From the NCBI GenBank assembly GCA_036278795.1, contig DASUKK010000017.1, forward strand, positions 82,627 through 146,626: 64,000 bases of DNA. The letters run 5' to 3'. Both the position numbers and the translations under genes were made by a program. Of this stretch, positions 29,899 to 38,879 are shown piece after piece; the first letter of the stretch is position 1; every line of letters starts with the position of its first letter. This DNA comes from Steroidobacteraceae bacterium (GTDB lineage Bacteria > Pseudomonadota > Gammaproteobacteria > Steroidobacterales > Steroidobacteraceae). A model generated the notes under the pieces. It saw only the letters and a program-made list of their open reading frames with translations. It was not told the DNA's origin and ran no database searches.

Positions 29899-30951
29899 AT
29901 GAGCAAGCCCGATGTGATTGCCCTGCCAGGGTCCGGAGGACCGCGCGACCGGCGCGGGCGGCCGTTGCGCGACCTCAGGATCTCGGTCATGGACCGCTGC
30001 AACTTCCGCTGCCCGTACTGCATGCCGCGGGAGACCTTCCATGACCGGTACCGCTTCCTCGGCTCGCACGAGCGCCTGTCCTTCGACGAGATCGTGCGCC
30101 TGGCGCGACTCTTCGCGCGGCTGGGCGTGCGCAAGCTCCGCCTCACGGGCGGCGAGCCGCTGCTGCGGCCCAATCTGACCGACCTGATCGGCGACCTGAC
30201 GGCCATCGACGGCATCGAGGACATCGCCCTGACGACTAACGGTGTCCTACTCGCGAAGTACGCGTTCGAGCTGCGCGCAGCCGGACTGCAGCGCATCACC
30301 GTCAGCCTCGACAGTACCGACCCTGAGGTCTTTCGCCGCATGAGCGGCGGCTTCGGCGGGCCCGAAGACGTCCTCTCGGGGATCGAGCACGCGCGGCACG
30401 CGGGTCTCGAGCCCATCAAAATCAACGCGGTCGTACAGCGTGGAGTCAATGACCACACCGTGCTCGATCTCATCGAGCGCTTCCGCGGCACGGGAGTGAT
30501 CGTCCGCTTCATCGAGTACATGGATGTCGGCAACCGCAACGACTGGCGCCCGCAGCTCGTCGTGCCTTCACGGGAGCTGTTGGCGCGTATCGGTGAGCGC
30601 TGGCCCCTCGAGCCGCGCGGTCGCGAGTACCCGGGAGAAGTGGCGGAGCGCTATGCCTTCGCCGACGGCGGCGGCGAGGTGGGCTTCATCTCCTCCGTGA
30701 CGCAGCCCTTCTGCGGCGATTGCTCGCGCGCGCGCCTGTCGTCGGATGGCGTTCTTTACACTTGCCTCTTCGCTACGCAGGGCACCGGGCTGAGGGACTC
30801 GCTGCGCAGCGGCGCGAGCGATGATCAGCTGCTCGAGATCCTGCGCCGCGTGTGGCTGGGACGTGGCGACAACTACAGCGAGCAGCGGCAGGCGCAGCGG
30901 GACTCGGCCGGCGACGCGCGCAAGGTCGAGATGTTCTACATCGGTGGCTGA
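29899..30951 (+). CDS. moaA: GTP 3',8-cyclase MoaA (radical SAM)
   Basis: [18 protein letters not shown] (CxxxCxxC radical-SAM cluster), a C-terminal CxxCxxxR...C cluster ([21 protein letters not shown]), and an ending ...FYIGG. Confidence 0.95.
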   Translation: MSKPDVIALPGSGGPRDRRGRPLRDLRISVMDRCNFRCPYCMPRETFHDRYRFLGSHERLSFDEIVRLARLFARLGVRKLRLTGGEPLLRPNLTDLIGDLTAIDGIEDIALTTNGVLLAKYAFELRAAGLQRITVSLDSTDPEVFRRMSGGFGGPEDVLSGIEHARHAGLEPIKINAVVQRGVNDHTVLDLIERFRGTGVIVRFIEYMDVGNRNDWRPQLVVPSRELLARIGERWPLEPRGREYPGEVAERYAFADGGGEVGFISSVTQPFCGDCSRARLSSDGVLYTCLFATQGTGLRDSLRSGASDDQLLEILRRVWLGRGDNYSEQRQAQRDSAGDARKVEMFYIGG

Positions 30952-31439
30952 TGGCGCGCTCCGGACTCTCTCACCTCGACAACCGCAATCGCCCGACCAT
31001 GGTGGATGTTGGCAGCAAGGAGGCCACGCACCGGGAGGCGGTCGCGGAGGCGAGAGTGCGTCTGCCGCGCACCGTGGCCGCGGCGCTGCGCGCCAGCGGC
31101 CATCGCACCAAGAAGGGGCCGGTCTTCGACACGGCCATCGTTGCCGGTGTCATGGCCGCGAAGCGCACCCACGAGCTCATTCCGTTCTGCCATCCACTGG
31201 GACTGGAGCACTGCTCGGTGGAGGTCGAGGACCGACGCGGCGGTGAAATCGTGATTCGTTGCCGGGTCGCCGTTCATCATCGCACCGGGGTGGAGATGGA
31301 GGCGCTGACCGGCGCGACCGTCGCGGCGCTCACCATTTATGACATGTGCAAGGCGCTCTCGCACGACATCGAGATCACAGGCGTTCGCCTGCTCGAGAAG
31401 ACCGGCGGCAAGCGCGCCTACAAGCGAACAGGAGCCTGA
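30951..31439 (+). CDS. moaC: Cyclic pyranopterin monophosphate synthase MoaC
   Basis: LSHLD....[12 protein letters not shown] ... [13 protein letters not shown] ... [21 protein letters not shown]. The ATG overlaps the moaA stop (ATGA). Confidence 0.9.
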   Translation: MARSGLSHLDNRNRPTMVDVGSKEATHREAVAEARVRLPRTVAAALRASGHRTKKGPVFDTAIVAGVMAAKRTHELIPFCHPLGLEHCSVEVEDRRGGEIVIRCRVAVHHRTGVEMEALTGATVAALTIYDMCKALSHDIEITGVRLLEKTGGKRAYKRTGA

Positions 31440-31440
31440 C

Positions 31441-32352
31441 ATGGAGCAGCCGATCGCCGCCTCTCCGACGCAGCGCGCCGGTACTTCCCCGGCGCGCCTC
31501 TACGGGCTCGTGCTCGCCGGCGGCCGCAGCACGCGCATGCAGCGCGACAAGGCGGGACTCGATTACGCAGGACGCAACCAGCTCGACCGGGCGGTCGAGC
31601 TGATCACCCCTCTCGTCGAACGGGTCTTCGTCTCCGTCCGTCCCGACCAGACCGGCGACCCCCTGCGTGCGCGTTTTGCGCAGATCGTCGACTCCGGAGA
31701 GGTCGCCGGGCCGGTAGCAGGCATCATTGCCGCACAGTCGCGGTATCCGGATGCGGCCTGGCTCGTGCTGGCGTGCGATCTTCCCCTGCTTGATCGGGAT
31801 ACGCTCCAACATCTCCTGCGCTCCCGGCACTCGCAGAAGCAGGCGACGGCGTACCGGTCCAGCCACGACGGTTTGCCGGAGCCACTGTGCGCCATCTACG
31901 AGCCGTCGAGTCGCGAAGCACTCCGCGCCTACATCGCAAGCGGCCGCGACTGTCCGCGGAAATTCCTCATCGGCGCGGACGCCGCGCTGCTCGATCAGCC
32001 CGAGCCCGGCGCGCTGGACAACGTGAATACGCCGAAGGAATACGGCTCCGCGATCGATCGCCTCCTGCGGTCGGGCGATTCCGCGCCTTCCACACGCGAA
32101 GGCTCAGCCCCGCGGCAAATCAACGTCCAGTACTACGCGCTGCTGCGCGAGCAGGCCGGACGCAGCTCCGAATCGCTCGTTACCACAGCGGCCACTCCAC
32201 GCGATCTTTATCAGGAGCTCAAGGGACGCTACCCGTTCTCGCTCGCGCCGGAGATGCTGCGGGTCGCCGTGAATTCCGAGTTTGCCGACTGGGAGCAGCG
32301 CTTGCGCGAAGGCGATGCAGTGGTGTTCATTCCGCCCGTGGCAGGTGGGTAA
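31441..32352 (+). CDS. MobA-like molybdenum cofactor guanylyltransferase fused to a MoaD-like sulfur-carrier domain
   Basis: The N-terminal about 200 aa are NTP_transf_3/MobA-like (LVLAGGRSTRM..DKAGL, GPVAGI, LACDLP, NVNTPKEY). The C-terminal about 85 aa are ubiquitin-like (INVQYYALLREQAG...) and end in ...FIPPVAGG-stop, the free Gly-Gly needed for thiocarboxylation. Confidence 0.7.
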   Translation: MEQPIAASPTQRAGTSPARLYGLVLAGGRSTRMQRDKAGLDYAGRNQLDRAVELITPLVERVFVSVRPDQTGDPLRARFAQIVDSGEVAGPVAGIIAAQSRYPDAAWLVLACDLPLLDRDTLQHLLRSRHSQKQATAYRSSHDGLPEPLCAIYEPSSREALRAYIASGRDCPRKFLIGADAALLDQPEPGALDNVNTPKEYGSAIDRLLRSGDSAPSTREGSAPRQINVQYYALLREQAGRSSESLVTTAATPRDLYQELKGRYPFSLAPEMLRVAVNSEFADWEQRLREGDAVVFIPPVAGG

Positions 32353-32398
32353 GCCTGATGCCCTGCCACCACGGCGGTCAGTGGTACGCTTCAGACCC

Positions 32399-33979
32399 AT
32401 GAGCTTCCGCTTCTCTTCCACCCCTCTCGATGAATCCGCCCTGCGGGCGGAGCTCATCGATCCCGCCTGCGGCGGCTATGCCGCCTTCGAGGGTTGGGTG
32501 CGCAATCACAATGAGGGGCTGCGCGTGCGGCGGCTGGAATATGAGGCCTTCGAGCCGCTCGCGATCAAGGAAGGCGAGCGCATCCTCGCCGAGGCGATCG
32601 CGCGGTTCGGCGTGGAGCATGCCGCGTGCGTGCACCGCATCGGAGCGCTCGCAATCGGCGAGAACGCCGTATGGGTAGGCGTCACTGCGCGCCACCGTGA
32701 CGAAGCATTCCGCGCCTGCCGCTACATCATCGACGAGGTCAAGCATCGGGTGCCCATCTGGAAGAAGGAGCACTACGAGAACGGCGACTCCGGCTGGGTG
32801 AACTGCGAGCGCTGCGCCGAGCACGCCGGCGACGCCGGGCAGGCGCAGGATGCCGGGCATTCAGGGCACGCGCATGACGCACCCCACCCTCCGCCGGCGC
32901 CGGTGCCCCCCCCCGATTACTCGCGGCAGATGGCGCTGAAAGAAGTCGGCCCGGCCGGTCAGGAAAAGCTGCGCCGCGCCGCGGTGTTGGTGGTGGGCTG
33001 TGGGGGCCTGGGCGTCCCGGTCATGACCTATCTCGCCGCCGCCGGGGTCGGCTGTGTGGGGTTGGTCGACAGCGACCGGCTCGAGGCCTCGAATCTGCAC
33101 CGCCAGACGCTCTACTCGCTGGCCGACGTAGGCCGTCCCAAGGTGGAGCTCGCAGCTGCCCGGCTGCATGCGCTCAATCCCGCGGTAGCCGTGCGCACAC
33201 ATCCGATCAGGCTCGATGCGGCATGCGCGGGGGAAATCATCCAGCCCTATTCCCTGGTCATCGACTGCACGGACAACTTTGCCGCCAAGTTCCTGTTGAA
33301 TGACACGTGCGTGCGCTTGGGCAAGCCGATCATCTTCTCCAGCGTGTACCAGTACGAAGGCCAGCTTCAGGTCGTCCGGCCGGAGCGCGGCAGCGCCTGC
33401 CTGCGGTGTGTTTGGCCGGAGGCGACCCGTGACGGCCTAGTCGGCAATTGTGCCGAGGCCGGCGTTCTCGGCCCGGTGCCCGGCACCTTCGGCAGCCTGC
33501 AGGCGCTCGAGGCGCTGAAGCTGCTGTTGGATCTGCCCGGACAGCTCACGGACGAGCTGCTGATGCTGGATCTGCTCGGCTTGGGCATCACCCGTGTGCG
33601 CACGCGGCGCGCAGCCGATTGTCCGGGCCATGCGTTACGAGGCGGCGTCACCGGGGGCGATACGGCCATGGCACGAGCCGCGGCGAACGCCATCGAATTG
33701 GCCTTCGACCCGCTGGAGGAAGCGCTCGCGGACGGCTTCGAAGTGATCGACATCCGCGAGGCGCATGAATTGGCGCGAGCCGCGACGCCCTGCTCGGCTG
33801 CCCGGCATCTTCCCATCGCGCAGTTGCTCCACGGTCCCGCGGCCATGGCGCCCACCGGCAAGTATCTGCTCGTCTGTGCCAGCGGCAAGCGCAGCCTGGC
33901 GGCGGCGCAAGAGCTGCGTTCGCGCGGTTACGGCGACGTGTTCTCGCTGCGCGGCGGCATCGCGGCGCTCAAGGCCTGA
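32399..33979 (+). CDS. Triple fusion: MoaE (molybdopterin synthase catalytic subunit) - MoeB/ThiF adenylyltransferase - rhodanese
   Basis: The MoaE part includes GAFEGWVRNHN.G..V..L.YEA and IWKKEHY. A His/Pro-rich linker (GHSGHAHDAPHPPPAPVPPP) follows. The MoeB part has VLVVGCGGLGVP, ASNLHRQ and CLRC...C. The C-terminal rhodanese has the active-site loop CASGKRS. Confidence 0.75.
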   Translation: MSFRFSSTPLDESALRAELIDPACGGYAAFEGWVRNHNEGLRVRRLEYEAFEPLAIKEGERILAEAIARFGVEHAACVHRIGALAIGENAVWVGVTARHRDEAFRACRYIIDEVKHRVPIWKKEHYENGDSGWVNCERCAEHAGDAGQAQDAGHSGHAHDAPHPPPAPVPPPDYSRQMALKEVGPAGQEKLRRAAVLVVGCGGLGVPVMTYLAAAGVGCVGLVDSDRLEASNLHRQTLYSLADVGRPKVELAAARLHALNPAVAVRTHPIRLDAACAGEIIQPYSLVIDCTDNFAAKFLLNDTCVRLGKPIIFSSVYQYEGQLQVVRPERGSACLRCVWPEATRDGLVGNCAEAGVLGPVPGTFGSLQALEALKLLLDLPGQLTDELLMLDLLGLGITRVRTRRAADCPGHALRGGVTGGDTAMARAAANAIELAFDPLEEALADGFEVIDIREAHELARAATPCSAARHLPIAQLLHGPAAMAPTGKYLLVCASGKRSLAAAQELRSRGYGDVFSLRGGIAALKA

Positions 33980-33986
33980 GCCGCGC

Positions 33987-35267
33987 TCAAGGCCTGACCT
34001 GGCCCGAGCCGCGCACGACGTACTTGTAGCTCGTCAACTGCTCCACGCCTACCGGGCCGCGGGCGTGGAAGCGATCGGTGGAGATACCGATCTCCGCTCC
34101 CATGCCGAATTCGCCTCCATCCGCGAATTGCGTCGACGCGTTGTGGAGCACGATGGCGCTATCGACCTGTCGCAGGAAGCGCTCGGCCGTGGCCTCATTC
34201 CCGGTGACGATGGATTCGGTATGCGCCGAGCCGTATTTGCCGATGTGCGCGATCGCGCCATCCACGCCGTCTACCACGCGCGCGGCGATGATCGCGTCGA
34301 GATATTCCGTATACCAGTCGTCTTCAGTCGCCGCACGGACTCGCCCGTCGGCCTTCTGCACGATCGCATCGCCGCGAACCTCGCAGCCGGCATCCAACAG
34401 GCTGCGGATCACCGGAGTCAGATGGCTGTCGACGCAACCGCTGTCGACGAGAAGGGTCTCGGCGGCTCCGCATATTCCGGTGCGGCGCATCTTCGCGTTG
34501 AGGGCAATGGTCTGCGCCATGCGCAGGTCGGCATCCCGATCGACATACACGTGGCAGTTGCCTTCCAAGTGGCCGATGACCGGCACGCGTGCCTCCTGCT
34601 GGACACGGGCCACCAGACTCTTGCCGCCGCGAGGCACGATCACGTCCAGGTAATCCGCCATCCCCGCAAGCATGTAGCCGACCGCAGCGCGATCGATGGT
34701 TGGCACGAGCTGAATACAGTCGACGGGAAGCCCCGCCGCGCTCAGCCCCTCGCGCAGGCATGCATGTATGGCGGCGTTCGAGTGCCGGCTCTCCGAGCCG
34801 CCACGCAGGATGACGGCGTTGCCCGATTTCAGACAGAGCGCGCCGGCGTCGGCGGTCACGTTCGGGCGGCTCTCGTAGATGATCCCGATGACACCGAGCG
34901 GCACTCGCACCCGTTGGATGCTCAGCCCGTTAGGGCGCTGCCATTCGGCCGCGATGGAACCGACCGGGTCTGACAGCGCCATGACATCCTCGATGCCTCG
35001 GGCCATGGACTCGACCCGCCTCGCGTCGAGCGCCAGCCGGTCGAGCAGAGCGCCCGTCAGGTTGCCGGCGCGCGCCGCCGACATGTCGCGCTCGTTGGCC
35101 GCGAGGATCCCGGTGGCGCCCGCTCGCATCGCGGCGGCCGCGGCTCTCAGCGCCGCATCCTTTGCGGCGGCGCCGGCCAGAGCCAAGACCGAGGCGGCCG
35201 CGACCGCATTGCGGCCGAGCCGCTCCATCAGCTCGCCGAGATCCGCCCTTGCCGGATCCACACTCAC
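33987..35267 (-). CDS. proA: Gamma-glutamyl phosphate reductase
   Basis: 426 aa. Aldehyde-dehydrogenase fold with the ...HASTRFTDG-like segment [22 protein letters not shown]. It lies directly downstream of proB. Confidence 0.9.
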   Translation of the reverse strand: MSVDPARADLGELMERLGRNAVAAASVLALAGAAAKDAALRAAAAAMRAGATGILAANERDMSAARAGNLTGALLDRLALDARRVESMARGIEDVMALSDPVGSIAAEWQRPNGLSIQRVRVPLGVIGIIYESRPNVTADAGALCLKSGNAVILRGGSESRHSNAAIHACLREGLSAAGLPVDCIQLVPTIDRAAVGYMLAGMADYLDVIVPRGGKSLVARVQQEARVPVIGHLEGNCHVYVDRDADLRMAQTIALNAKMRRTGICGAAETLLVDSGCVDSHLTPVIRSLLDAGCEVRGDAIVQKADGRVRAATEDDWYTEYLDAIIAARVVDGVDGAIAHIGKYGSAHTESIVTGNEATAERFLRQVDSAIVLHNASTQFADGGEFGMGAEIGISTDRFHARGPVGVEQLTSYKYVVRGSGQVRP

Positions 35268-35270
35268 CGA

Positions 35271-36443
35271 TCAGCTCCCGACGCGCTCTTTCGCCGCCGG
35301 CTCCTGATTGAGGAGCACGAGGTCGTCGCGATGAATCATCTCATCGCGCCCGCGGAAGCCGAGGATGCTCTCGATATCCGATGACTTGCGGCCCATGATC
35401 TTTGCCGCATCGACATCCGAGTAGGCGATGATCCCGCGCGCAATCTCGGCGCCATCCGTGCCGAGGACGCTTACGGTGTCGCCGCGCTCGAATCTGCCGC
35501 GCGCGCTGATCACGCCCGCCGGCAGCAGGCTGCGGCCATCGAGCAACGCGCGCAAGGCGCCCGGATCGATCGTCACGGCGCCTGCGGGCCGCAACGTCCC
35601 GGCGATCCACTGCTTGCGGGCCGCAACCGGCGTGGCGCTCGGCACGAACCAGGTGCATCGCGCGCCCTCCTCGATCCGTCTGACCGGATGTCGATGGCGA
35701 CCGGCGGCGATACACATGTGGCAGCCGGCCGAGACGGCGATGCGCGCGGCCAGTATCTTGGTCGCCATGCCGCCCGAACCGACATCCGAGGCCGAGCGCC
35801 CGCCCATGGCCTCGATCTCCGGCGTGATCTTGAGTACCTCCTCGATGAAAGTGGCCGTCGGATCCCTGTTCGGGTCGGCGGTATAAAGACCATCGACGTC
35901 CGACAGCAGCACCAGGCAGTCGGCAGCGGCCATCTGCGCCACCCGGGCCGCCAGCCGGTCGTTGTCGCCGTAGCGAATCTCCGCCGTCGCCACGGTATCG
36001 TTCTCGTTGATCACGGGCAGCGCGCCCAGGGACAGCAGTGTCTCCAGAGTCGCCCGGGCATTGAGGTACCGATGTCGCCGCTCGCTGTCTTCCAGGGTGA
36101 GCAGCACCTGGGCGACCGTCACATCCCGGCTCTCCAGCAGGTCCTTGTACGCATGGGCGAGGCGGATCTGCCCGACCGCCGCGGCCGCCTGGCTCTCCTC
36201 TAGCCGCAGCGGACCTTTTGCGAGACCGAGCTGGCGCCGGCCGAGCGCGATGGCCCCCGAAGAAACGAGAATGACCTGCTGACCTCGCCGCCTCAGGCGC
36301 ATGAGGTCCTCGACCAGGCTCTCGAGCCAGGCCCGGTTGATGCGTCCGGTCTCGGCGTCCGTCAGAAGTGCAGAACCGACCTTCACCACGACGCGCCGCG
36401 CCCCGGCAAGGGGCGAGGAGGAGGACGGGCGGGGGATGGTCAT
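35271..36443 (-). CDS. proB: Glutamate 5-kinase (with C-terminal PUA domain)
   Basis: [19 protein letters not shown] and NENDTVA motifs, plus a PUA-like C-terminus. I prefer the ATG at 36443; the longest ORF starts at 36476. Confidence 0.9.
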   Translation of the reverse strand: MTIPRPSSSSPLAGARRVVVKVGSALLTDAETGRINRAWLESLVEDLMRLRRRGQQVILVSSGAIALGRRQLGLAKGPLRLEESQAAAAVGQIRLAHAYKDLLESRDVTVAQVLLTLEDSERRHRYLNARATLETLLSLGALPVINENDTVATAEIRYGDNDRLAARVAQMAAADCLVLLSDVDGLYTADPNRDPTATFIEEVLKITPEIEAMGGRSASDVGSGGMATKILAARIAVSAGCHMCIAAGRHRHPVRRIEEGARCTWFVPSATPVAARKQWIAGTLRPAGAVTIDPGALRALLDGRSLLPAGVISARGRFERGDTVSVLGTDGAEIARGIIAYSDVDAAKIMGRKSSDIESILGFRGRDEMIHRDDLVLLNQEPAAKERVGS

Positions 36444-36493
36444 GGGAAAACTATACGCTAAACTTGCAGCCGCCAACCTGAGGAAGCAAAGCG

Positions 36494-36823
36494 GTGAGCA
36501 GAGATTACGAGCCGGTTCCCGGTCAGTGGTACGAGAACGTGGAAGACGAGGAATCCTTTCGTGTCCTCAAGGTCGACGAGGACTCCGAGCTGGTCGAGAT
36601 CGAGTATCTCGACGGTGAGATCGAGGAGATCGATCTCGAGACATGGCATGAGATGGACCTGGAGCAGACCGACGAGCCGGAAGGCTGGGCGAAGTCTGAC
36701 GAGGATGAGGACGAGGAAGAAGAAGACGACGAGGATGACGAGGACGATTGGGACGAGGATGAGGACGACGAGGATGACGATGACTGGGACGAGGACGAGG
36801 AAGACGAGCGGGACGAATACTAG
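36494..36823 (+). CDS. Extremely acidic small protein of unknown function
   Basis: 109 aa with a GTG start preceded by GAGGAAG. A folded-looking N-terminal half ([48 protein letters not shown]) is followed by a tail in which 37 of the last 42 residues are Asp or Glu, punctuated by Trp. Confidence 0.6.
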   Translation: MSRDYEPVPGQWYENVEDEESFRVLKVDEDSELVEIEYLDGEIEEIDLETWHEMDLEQTDEPEGWAKSDEDEDEEEEDDEDDEDDWDEDEDDEDDDDWDEDEEDERDEY

Positions 36824-36858
36824 TTGCCGCTGAAACGGCCGCAGGCCTGTTTTAGCCC

Positions 36859-37899
36859 ATGAACCCAGACAGTTGGTACCACGAGAAGGAATCCGCGTGG
36901 TTGTACCACCACGTTGCCGCCGCAGAGCCGGATCCTCATAAGCAGCGGCTCTTCACGCAGCTCGCGGCTGCCGCCGAGGAACAGGCGGCCAAGTGGGAAG
37001 TCTCTTCGCAGAACAAGGGGTCGCCGGGGGCGGCGGCGCGCGTTTTCGTGCCCTCGCTGCGCGCGCGCGTGGTCGCGCGGCTGCTCCGGTTGCTCGGCCC
37101 GCGCGCCGTGCGCTCGGTGCTCGCCGCGATGAAGTTGCGCGGTCTGTCCATCTACACCGCGCCCATCGCTCGCGGGCACGCCATGCCAACTACATTGTCC
37201 GAGGTCGGAGTCCGTCATCGCGGCGGACTGGGCGGCAACCTGAGAGCCACGGTGTTCGGCGTGAACGATGGCCTGGTCTCCAATGCCAGCCTGGTGTTGG
37301 GCGTTGCGGGGGCCTCCGCTCCGAGCTCCTTCGTGCTGGTGAGCGGCGTCGCCGGTCTGCTGGCCGGCGCTCTGTCCATGGCGGCGGGCGAATATGTCTC
37401 GGTGCGCTCGCAGCGTGAGATGTACGAGTATCAGATCGCGCTCGAGCGCGAGGAGATCGCCGAGTATCCCGAGGAGGAAGCGGAAGAGCTGGCGCTCATC
37501 TACGAGGCGCGCGGCGTAGCCCTGGCACAGGCCCGGGAAGTCAGCCAGGCGCTGCTCGCCCGCCCGGAGCAGGCGCTCGATGTCCTGTCGCGCGAAGAGC
37601 TCGGCTTGAACCCGGACGATCTCGGCTCACCGTCGGGCGCCGCCGCGGCCTCGTTTCTGTCCTTCGGGGCAGGTGCCACCGTGCCGCTCATCCCCTTCCT
37701 CGCGGACATGGCGGGGCGCCGCGCGCTCGTCGGCACCGCGGTGCTCACCGCCCTCGCGCTGTTCGTGGTCGGGCTCGCCCTCAGCCTCTTCACCGGGAGG
37801 CAGGCGTTGCGCGGCGCGCTGCGCATGGTGCTCATAGGCGGCGGTGCCGGGGTCGTAGCCTTCGGGGTCGGGCGCGCGCTCGGGGCGATCATCCACTAG
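36859..37899 (+). CDS. VIT1/CCC1-family iron/manganese transporter with an N-terminal cytosolic helical domain
   Basis: The C-terminal 220 aa carry VIT1 signatures (VFGVNDGLVSN, SMAAGEYVSVRSQ, ...EELGLNP.DLGSP) and 5 TM segments. The N-terminal about 110 aa form a helical domain. Confidence 0.75.
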   Translation: MNPDSWYHEKESAWLYHHVAAAEPDPHKQRLFTQLAAAAEEQAAKWEVSSQNKGSPGAAARVFVPSLRARVVARLLRLLGPRAVRSVLAAMKLRGLSIYTAPIARGHAMPTTLSEVGVRHRGGLGGNLRATVFGVNDGLVSNASLVLGVAGASAPSSFVLVSGVAGLLAGALSMAAGEYVSVRSQREMYEYQIALEREEIAEYPEEEAEELALIYEARGVALAQAREVSQALLARPEQALDVLSREELGLNPDDLGSPSGAAAASFLSFGAGATVPLIPFLADMAGRRALVGTAVLTALALFVVGLALSLFTGRQALRGALRMVLIGGGAGVVAFGVGRALGAIIH

Positions 37900-37947
37900 C
37901 GCACCCGTCGCGCCCCTCGTCCCGGGAGGGAGTATGCTGCCAAAGGG

Positions 37948-37976
37948 CTTGAAAAGCCGGCTTCGCGGCCCCAGAG
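37948..37976 (+). promoter_or_regulatory. Sigma32 (RpoH)-like heat-shock promoter upstream of htpX
   Basis: CTTGAAA at 37948-37954, a 14-nt spacer, then CCCCAGAG at 37969-37976, compared with the consensus CTTGAAA-N13-15-CCCCATNT. The -10 element ends 7 nt before the htpX ATG, and no Shine-Dalgarno is present. Confidence 0.4.
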
Positions 37977-37983
37977 CAGCGCC

Positions 37984-38865
37984 ATGAAACGCATTTTCCT
38001 GCTCCTCGTCACCAACCTCGCGGTGCTCGCGGTGCTGACGATCGTGGCCCACCTGATAGGCCTCGATCGCTGGCTCGCGGTGCGCGGCAGCAGTCTCGGC
38101 GCCCTGCTCGTCCTCGCGGCCGTGTTCGGCTTCGGCGGCGCGTTCATATCGCTTCTCATGTCGAAGTGGATGGCCCGCACTGCCATGGGAGTGCGGATCA
38201 TCAGCCAGCCCACGACGCCGACCGAGCAGTGGCTGGTCGACATGGTGGCACGGCTGGCGCGCGCCGCCGGCGTCGGCATGCCCGAAGTCGGCGTGTTCCA
38301 GTCACCGCAGCCCAACGCCTTCGCCACGGGATACCGCCGCGATGCCGCGCTGGTGGCGGTCAGCACAGGTCTTCTTGCGGCCATGAACGAGGAGGAGGTC
38401 GAGGCGGTGCTGGGGCACGAGCTGACGCATGTCGCCAATGGCGACATGGTCACCCTGACTCTGATCCAGGGAGTGGTCAACACCTTCGTCATCTTCCTGT
38501 CGCGCATCATCGGCAATGTCGTCGACCGCACGCTCTTCCGCTCGGAGGATGGCCGCGGACCCGCCTACTTTCTGTCGGTGATCGTCTCCCAGGTCCTTCT
38601 CGGCATCCTGGCCAACATGATCGTCATGGCCTTCTCCCGCTGGCGCGAATTCCGCGCCGACCGGGGCGGAGCGCACCTTGCGGGGGTACCCAACATGATC
38701 GCGGCTCTGGAGGCCCTGAAGAGGTCGCACGAGCCGCTGCCCGCGCAACAGTTCGCCGCCTTCGGCATCACCGGGCCGGTATCGCGCGGCATCCAGCGCC
38801 TCTTCATGAGTCACCCGCCGCTCGATGAGCGTATCGCGGCGCTGCGCACCCTGGCGGTGGCCTGA
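37984..38865 (+). CDS. htpX: Membrane zinc metalloprotease HtpX (M48)
   Basis: The N-terminus MKRIFLLLVTNLAVL matches E. coli HtpX as I recall it. HELTHV (HExxH) and the downstream REFRADRGGA are present. Confidence 0.9.
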   Translation: MKRIFLLLVTNLAVLAVLTIVAHLIGLDRWLAVRGSSLGALLVLAAVFGFGGAFISLLMSKWMARTAMGVRIISQPTTPTEQWLVDMVARLARAAGVGMPEVGVFQSPQPNAFATGYRRDAALVAVSTGLLAAMNEEEVEAVLGHELTHVANGDMVTLTLIQGVVNTFVIFLSRIIGNVVDRTLFRSEDGRGPAYFLSVIVSQVLLGILANMIVMAFSRWREFRADRGGAHLAGVPNMIAALEALKRSHEPLPAQQFAAFGITGPVSRGIQRLFMSHPPLDERIAALRTLAVA

Positions 38866-38879
38866 AAGATACCGTCTCG

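Noticed and set aside
36695-36820. GA-rich (GAN)n tract as a non-coding microsatellite
   Set aside because: It is in frame with a plausible N-terminal domain, has a Shine-Dalgarno and a start codon, and ends at a proper stop. I treat it as the coding D/E tail of the acidic protein (see findings).
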